The translations under genes and the position numbers were made by a program. Below, piece after piece: positions 37,023 to 41,989 of a stretch of DNA of 41,989 nt (position 1 is the first letter of the stretch; every line of letters begins with the position of its first letter). Source of the stretch: a virus (lineage: Duplodnaviria > Heunggongvirae > Uroviricota > Caudoviricetes); the IMG/VR virus record IMGVR_UViG_2778261105_000011; one strand, 5' to 3'. The notes under the pieces were generated by a model. That model ran no database searches. It was not told the DNA's origin and saw nothing but the letters and a program-made list of their open reading frames with translations.

Positions 37023-37054
37023 GAAGCCCCAACTGCGGGAACAGTCAGGGCTTC
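37023..37054. terminator. arc-ant intergenic hairpin (GAAGCCC ... GGGCUUC), likely terminator for arc and for an antisense sar-like RNA
   Basis: Read directly; position corresponds to the bidirectional terminator of the P22 sar/arc region. Confidence 0.45.
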
Positions 37055-37086
37055 GGTATCAACAAATCGGATTAGGAAATATTGAC

Positions 37087-37965
37087 ATGAAAAGTATAGC
37101 AAAGGCACAAAACGATTTCACCATCTTCAAATTCGGCGACAGTGAAATCCGCGTCATCAACAAATGCGGTGAGCCGTGGTTTGTAGCAAAAGATGTTTGT
37201 GATGCTTTAACCCTGACTAACTCACGCAAGGCGCTTACTGCACTTGATGACGATGAAAAGGGAGTAACTTTAAGTTACACCCTTGGTGGTGAGCAGAATC
37301 TAAGCATTGTTAGCGAATCAGGTATGTATACATTGGTTCTGCGCTGCCGCGATGCTGTCAATAAAGGTTCGGTCCCGCACAAATTCCGCAAGTGGGTAAC
37401 AGCAGAAGTTCTACCTTCAATTCGCAAACATGGCGAGTATGTGAAAGGCAAGAAAACCACTGTTGAGGAAAGAACGGCGCTACGCGATGCAGTAAACATG
37501 CTGGTAGGAAAGAAAGGACTTCGCTATGACGATGCATACAATATGGTTCATCAGCGTTTTGGTATTGACAGCATTGATGAACTTTCAATTGAACAAATCC
37601 CGCTGGCCGTAGAGTACATCCACAGGGTAGTGCTTGAAGGCGAGTTTATCGGCAAACAAGAGAAGAAAGCAAACGAGCTTTCTGCAAAAGAAGCAAACAG
37701 CCTTGTATGGCTATGGGATTATGCTAACCGTTCACAGGCATTATTCTGCGAACTGTATCCGGCATTAAAACAAATTCAATCGAACTATTCCGGCAGATGC
37801 TACGACTACGGTCATGAATTCTCGTATGTTATCGGAATGGCGAGAGACGTTTTAATCAATCACACACGAGATGTTGATATCAATGAGCCAGACGGACCAA
37901 CGAATCTTTCCGCATGGATGAGACTTAAGAATAAAGAATTACCTCCTTCAGTACATAACTACTGA
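37087..37965 (+). CDS. ant: Antirepressor Ant (Bro-N / Ant-type)
   Basis: ...[15 protein letters not shown]...LDDDEKG...[23 protein letters not shown]...[18 protein letters not shown]... matches the P22 Ant N-terminal domain; start taken at ATG 37087. Confidence 0.8.
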   Translation: MKSIAKAQNDFTIFKFGDSEIRVINKCGEPWFVAKDVCDALTLTNSRKALTALDDDEKGVTLSYTLGGEQNLSIVSESGMYTLVLRCRDAVNKGSVPHKFRKWVTAEVLPSIRKHGEYVKGKKTTVEERTALRDAVNMLVGKKGLRYDDAYNMVHQRFGIDSIDELSIEQIPLAVEYIHRVVLEGEFIGKQEKKANELSAKEANSLVWLWDYANRSQALFCELYPALKQIQSNYSGRCYDYGHEFSYVIGMARDVLINHTRDVDINEPDGPTNLSAWMRLKNKELPPSVHNY

Positions 37966-37984
37966 CAGATAACCAACGCGACAA

Positions 37985-38007
37985 CCCAGCTTCGGCTGGG
38001 TTTTTTT
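37985..38007 (+). terminator. Rho-independent terminator after ant (CCCAGC-UUCG-GCUGGG then U7)
   Basis: Read directly. Confidence 0.7.
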
Positions 38008-38065
38008 ATGCCCAAAATTCATCGTAGCCATGCTTCGGTGATTCCTTGTATCTGGAGCAAATTAA

Positions 38066-40135
38066 ATGACAGATTCAATAAATGCCAATGTTGTAGTGAG
38101 CATGCCTTCTCAACTCTTCACTATGGCGCGTTCTTTTAAAGCGGTTGCCAATGGCAAAATTTATATCGGTAAAATTGACACTGATCCGGTAAATCCTGAA
38201 AACCAGATTCAGGTTTATGTGGAAAACGAAGACGGTTCTCACATTCCTGTTTCGCAACCAATCATCATTAACGCTGCTGGTTACCCGGTATATAACGGGC
38301 AGATTGCCAAGTTCGTAACTGTGCAAGGCCATTCTATGGCTGTATATGATGCGTATGGTGCGCAGCAGTTCTATTTTCCTAATGTGCTGAAGTATGACCC
38401 TGACCAACTAAGACAGGAGTTAGATGGTGTTGGTGGGGTTAATTTAGTAAATGGGGCATTACATGGTGCCATGGATTCAGATCCAAATGTTGGTTTTAAA
38501 ATCACCACATCCTCAGGTGAGATTTACGAATATGCTCCGGGAATTACAGGTCTTGCCGATGGGTTTTCGGTATCAGCATCACAGTTATATTTAACAAGGA
38601 ATGGCCTATCTTATAAATACTCTTCACCTCATAACACACTGGTTTGGCCATCTCAGTATATCGATACGAGTGCTGATGCGAAATATTCAATTGAATCTAT
38701 TATGGCGCACGGATTGAATGTGGACCTTAACGGAACTACAGTTAAAGCCAGCACCATCAATATTACGAAAGATTTGATTAATGGTGAAATTGTTGCTATC
38801 GGAGATGAAGGATCATTTATAACAGTAAACTCATGCATGCTTAACAATATTAAAGTTAACTGCAATATGATGGCAATTAGAAGGCCTGTTCATATCAAAA
38901 CAGGGGCTGTTAATCCAGTAGTTAAGAATGTTGATGTTTTTGATAGTAATGGTTCTCAACTAACTTATGGTATTTTCATAGATGCAAATTCTGTATTGAA
39001 TTTTGTCGTTGATAACATATCAATACATAATATTACCACCATTGGAAATGGTATTCAGGGTGATGTAATTGGGCCATGTCGAGGGATTCTTGTAGGAACG
39101 GCACTTGATCCAGTACCATCAAATGATGATGAGGTATCAAGTGGAGTTATAAGTAACGTAAGGATTTACAAGCTAAACCCTTGGGAAGATGCTGATGGTG
39201 TTGTTATTCAGATTTACAACTCATCATCAAATATGCTCAGCGGGAAGAAAATAAAGGTTGATGGCGTTTATACTTACAATGCACTTAAGCGAGCAGTCAA
39301 AGTTCAGGCCAATGATGTTACAGTAACAAATGTATTTGCGGTTTGTGATGACGCCTCAGCAACTAACCCTATGTATAGTTGTGTTAGTGTTTATGGTAGT
39401 TCCTGTGTTGTTCGTGGTGTTAGTGGGCGAGGAAGGATTGGCAATGGTGTTGATTCATCTGATGGGTTCAATACTATCAGTGATGTTTATCTTAAGACGA
39501 CAGCAACCTATGAGCTAAGCGCAGGTCTACAGATAACTTCCGGGCAGGTAAACGCGAATAACATTCACTCTGAAGGATCAAGATACATAGTCGCAATTCG
39601 GGCAGTTAATAACACAACACCGTATGTAAATATTAATGGCATATATGGGCAAGGTTATGACGGGGCGATTTTGTTAGAAATCAGATACGGATTTAATATT
39701 GGTAATGTTTACTTAAGTGATATTTCAGTATCAAGTTCAAATCCCACAAGGTCTTCATTCTTCTTTGATATATTATCAGGTGGAAGTATATCTCTGATCA
39801 GCGTGTCAGACGTCAAGAGAATCAGTCAGGCATTTAACGGAGCAGATATAAACATTTCTGGTGGGGTTGCAAAAGCTATTGTTAAAAATTCAGTTTTTGA
39901 GAGTGGTTCGTCAAGCGTTGGTGTATCAATGACAACTGGTACTTTAGTTGCATCAAATATATCAGCACAAAGTAAATCTTATGCTGTCAACGCTGTACAA
40001 ACCACAAATTCACTTATAAATAACATTGATGGAATCGTTAGGGTTGATAGCACAACCAACAGTAATGTCGGCCTTTACAGAGGGATTACCTCTGTTGGGA
40101 CTAACACAGGACTGAAAACTGTTTTCTATCAATAA
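38066..40135 (+). CDS. Tailspike protein: P22-type N-terminal head-binding domain with a divergent beta-helix receptor-binding / O-antigen depolymerase domain
   Basis: First ~120 aa ([61 protein letters not shown]...) match the P22 gp9 N-terminus; the rest is S/T/N/G/V-rich as in beta-helix tailspikes but is not P22-like; low GC. Confidence 0.85.
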   Translation: MTDSINANVVVSMPSQLFTMARSFKAVANGKIYIGKIDTDPVNPENQIQVYVENEDGSHIPVSQPIIINAAGYPVYNGQIAKFVTVQGHSMAVYDAYGAQQFYFPNVLKYDPDQLRQELDGVGGVNLVNGALHGAMDSDPNVGFKITTSSGEIYEYAPGITGLADGFSVSASQLYLTRNGLSYKYSSPHNTLVWPSQYIDTSADAKYSIESIMAHGLNVDLNGTTVKASTINITKDLINGEIVAIGDEGSFITVNSCMLNNIKVNCNMMAIRRPVHIKTGAVNPVVKNVDVFDSNGSQLTYGIFIDANSVLNFVVDNISIHNITTIGNGIQGDVIGPCRGILVGTALDPVPSNDDEVSSGVISNVRIYKLNPWEDADGVVIQIYNSSSNMLSGKKIKVDGVYTYNALKRAVKVQANDVTVTNVFAVCDDASATNPMYSCVSVYGSSCVVRGVSGRGRIGNGVDSSDGFNTISDVYLKTTATYELSAGLQITSGQVNANNIHSEGSRYIVAIRAVNNTTPYVNINGIYGQGYDGAILLEIRYGFNIGNVYLSDISVSSSNPTRSSFFFDILSGGSISLISVSDVKRISQAFNGADINISGGVAKAIVKNSVFESGSSSVGVSMTTGTLVASNISAQSKSYAVNAVQTTNSLINNIDGIVRVDSTTNSNVGLYRGITSVGTNTGLKTVFYQ

Positions 40136-40741
40136 TTATATATAACCTTTTGATGTTTTATATGATGTTATCTTGGCAGGGACGCCAGCAATAGTGCAAT
40201 TTCCATCTTTAAAATCTTTGTTAACGACTGCATTCGCGCCTATTGCACAATTGTCACCTATAACTATCTTTCCGTAAATTTTTGCTCCAGGACCAATGTA
40301 GCAATTATCACCAATTACAGGGGATTCAAGTCCTGCTCCAGCTGATGTGCCAATATTCGTACCTACATGAATTCGGCAATTTGCACCTATCCTGGCTCCT
40401 GCGTTAACAACTATGTTACCATAATGTGGTATTGATAACCCTGGACCAAAGGTATTGATAGGTATTGAAAATCCAAGTTTCATTTGAATTTTGCGTAACC
40501 TAAGTCTTGTAATCAGAATTAAAACTTTATTTCCTTTGCAATTAGTAAGATACTCCAACCTCCTTAGCAATCTAAGGAATCTCCATATATCGTTGAATAT
40601 TATATTTTTTAACCTTGACCCCTGAAGCCTCATAGCCTTTTCGTCAAGGAGAAGGTATGACTTGTAATCTTCCTTGCTGCTTATCATTCTATGCTCGCCA
40701 GAAATGTGAATAGGTGTAAAGATTAAGAAAAACCTCAACAT
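40136..40741 (-). CDS. Hexapeptide-repeat (left-handed beta-helix) acetyltransferase of the CysE/LacA/NodL type; probable lysogenic-conversion (surface polysaccharide O-acetylation) gene
   Basis: C-terminal half ...GANCRIHVGTNIGTSAGAG...PVIGDNCYIGPGAKIYGKIVIGDNCAIGANAVVNKDFKDGNCTIAGVPAKI... shows hexapeptide repeats and the ...AGVPA.. motif; very low GC; convergent with and abutting the tailspike stop. An alternative start at 40687 is possible. Confidence 0.65.
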   Translation of the reverse strand: MLRFFLIFTPIHISGEHRMISSKEDYKSYLLLDEKAMRLQGSRLKNIIFNDIWRFLRLLRRLEYLTNCKGNKVLILITRLRLRKIQMKLGFSIPINTFGPGLSIPHYGNIVVNAGARIGANCRIHVGTNIGTSAGAGLESPVIGDNCYIGPGAKIYGKIVIGDNCAIGANAVVNKDFKDGNCTIAGVPAKITSYKTSKGYI

Positions 40742-40831
40742 TTTGCAAGATTAAGGTTAATCATAGTAAATGACAGTTGATCTGAATGCGCCTTAAGACT
40801 ACTGTGTATGCATGCAGTGATGTAGGTGGCA

Positions 40832-41989
40832 CTACCCCTCCTTTTCATCAAGCCAATCCGCCCACCACTGCATCATTTCTCTGCGCTTATCGAGATACTG
40901 AGCATGGTTGTAAATACCGCGCACAGATCCACCGTTGGCATGTGCCAGCTGCACTTCAATAGCGTCAGCAGGCCATTCGTGCTCGTTCATAATCGTGCTG
41001 AATTCATGCCTGAATCCGTGACCGCTTTCCAGACCTTCATAGCCGATTTGTTTGATCACAAGCAATACCGCGTTCTCGCAGATTGGCTTCTTCTTATCGT
41101 TGCGCCCGGCAAAAACAAACTCTGAGACTGGTTTGGTGATTGAGCTTAGCGTAGTGAGAAGTTCAACCACCTGGTCTGACATCGGGACCACATGAATTTT
41201 GCGTCCCTTCATCACACTGGCGTCGATGGTGATAATCCTGTTTTCAAAATCGACGTTCTTCCATAGCATGGAACGAAGCTCTTTCGTTCTTAGGGCTGTA
41301 TAACGTAAAACTTTGGTCGCAATGAGCGATACGATGCTTCCTGAAAATGTTGCCAGTGCTTTGTTGAATGCAGGGATCTGGTCTGCTGGAAGAAACGGGA
41401 AGTTCTTCTTGCGGTATCCTTTCATGGCATCTGCAAGGTCAGGTGCCGGGTTATATTTAGCCCTGCCGGTGACAATAGCGTAACGGAAAACCTCGCCGCA
41501 TCTTCTGCGGGCTTTGTTGGCTCTCTCCATTGCACCGCGATCTTCAAATCTGCGGATTACTTCAAGAAGTTGCATCGGCTCAATATCCTGAATCTCAAGA
41601 CCGCCGATGATGGGTAAAATGTCGTCATCAAACATTTTGGCAAGTTCAGTTGCATAGCCTACTGACCAGACTTGCTTCTTGTGCTCGTACCATTCCTTGT
41701 AAATCGCACTAAATGAATTGTTGTTAGACGAAGCCTTTTTCGCCTTTACCGGATCGATGCCAACCGAGATGTCTTTCCTCGCAGTCCATGCCTTATCCCT
41801 TGCTTCCTGCAAAGTCATAAGCGGATATTTTCCGACAGTCAGGATTTTCTCCTTACCGTCAATCTTGTAGCGAAGCTGCCATACCTTTTTCCCTGATACA
41901 GGGACATAAAGGTACAGGCCATTACCATCGAGTAGGCGGTATGGTTTTTCTTTCGGCTTTGCTGCTTCAATCTGCTTAACGGTGAGCAT
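40832..41989 (-). CDS. int: Tyrosine integrase of the P4 / IntS-like family
   Basis: 385 aa; N-terminal LTVKQIEAAKPKEKPYRLLDGNGLYLYV... (P4-type arm-binding domain) and C-terminal catalytic region with R...H.R...Y-type motifs (GHGFRHEFST...RGIYNHAQYL); the ATG is the last three bases of the window. Confidence 0.9.
   Translation of the reverse strand: MLTVKQIEAAKPKEKPYRLLDGNGLYLYVPVSGKKVWQLRYKIDGKEKILTVGKYPLMTLQEARDKAWTARKDISVGIDPVKAKKASSNNNSFSAIYKEWYEHKKQVWSVGYATELAKMFDDDILPIIGGLEIQDIEPMQLLEVIRRFEDRGAMERANKARRRCGEVFRYAIVTGRAKYNPAPDLADAMKGYRKKNFPFLPADQIPAFNKALATFSGSIVSLIATKVLRYTALRTKELRSMLWKNVDFENRIITIDASVMKGRKIHVVPMSDQVVELLTTLSSITKPVSEFVFAGRNDKKKPICENAVLLVIKQIGYEGLESGHGFRHEFSTIMNEHEWPADAIEVQLAHANGGSVRGIYNHAQYLDKRREMMQWWADWLDEKEG

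Noticed and set aside
40742-40831. Possible attP core in the 90 bp between the acetyltransferase and integrase genes
   Set aside because: No tRNA-like or repeated sequence is seen there and the window is contiguous across it with prophage genes on both sides; the attachment site is more likely beyond the integrase gene, outside the window.

Overview
The window holds a LacY-family MFS transporter gene (1-1248, probably host) followed by a nearly complete mosaic lambdoid prophage of the P22/Sf6 type running from about 1.3 kb to the window end. Leftward early operon (minus strand): N, a three-gene cassette of unknown function, cIII/kil-like small genes, Erf recombinase, an SSB-like protein, several Ea-type hypotheticals and an AlpA/Xis-like gene. 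Immunity region: P22-type c2 repressor, cro and cII/c1 with OL/OR operators and nutL/nutR. Replication: O-like initiator with internal ori iterons and a DnaB-family helicase. The nin-Q-lysis block (NinB/C/D/F, RusA, NinH, Q, pR'/tR', S, R, Rz/Rz1) is close to phage lambda itself. Structural module (plus strand): Sf6/P22-like TerS, TerL, portal, scaffold, coat, gp4/gp10/gp26/gp14, ejection proteins gp7/gp20/gp16, then the P22 immI region (mnt, arc, ant), a tailspike with a P22-type N-terminal head-binding domain, a low-GC hexapeptide acetyltransferase and a P4-like tyrosine integrase. The most notable observation is a textbook type I hammerhead ribozyme motif in the late-transcript leader between Q and the holin gene. 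Other candidates for novel accessory functions are the three-gene cassette downstream of N, a two-gene cassette in the sieA position, a T5orf172/GIY-YIG-like gene after the lysis cassette and the acetyltransferase next to the tailspike. All homology calls are from reading the translations against remembered family sequences; no searches or folding were run, and coordinates of small features are hand-counted.
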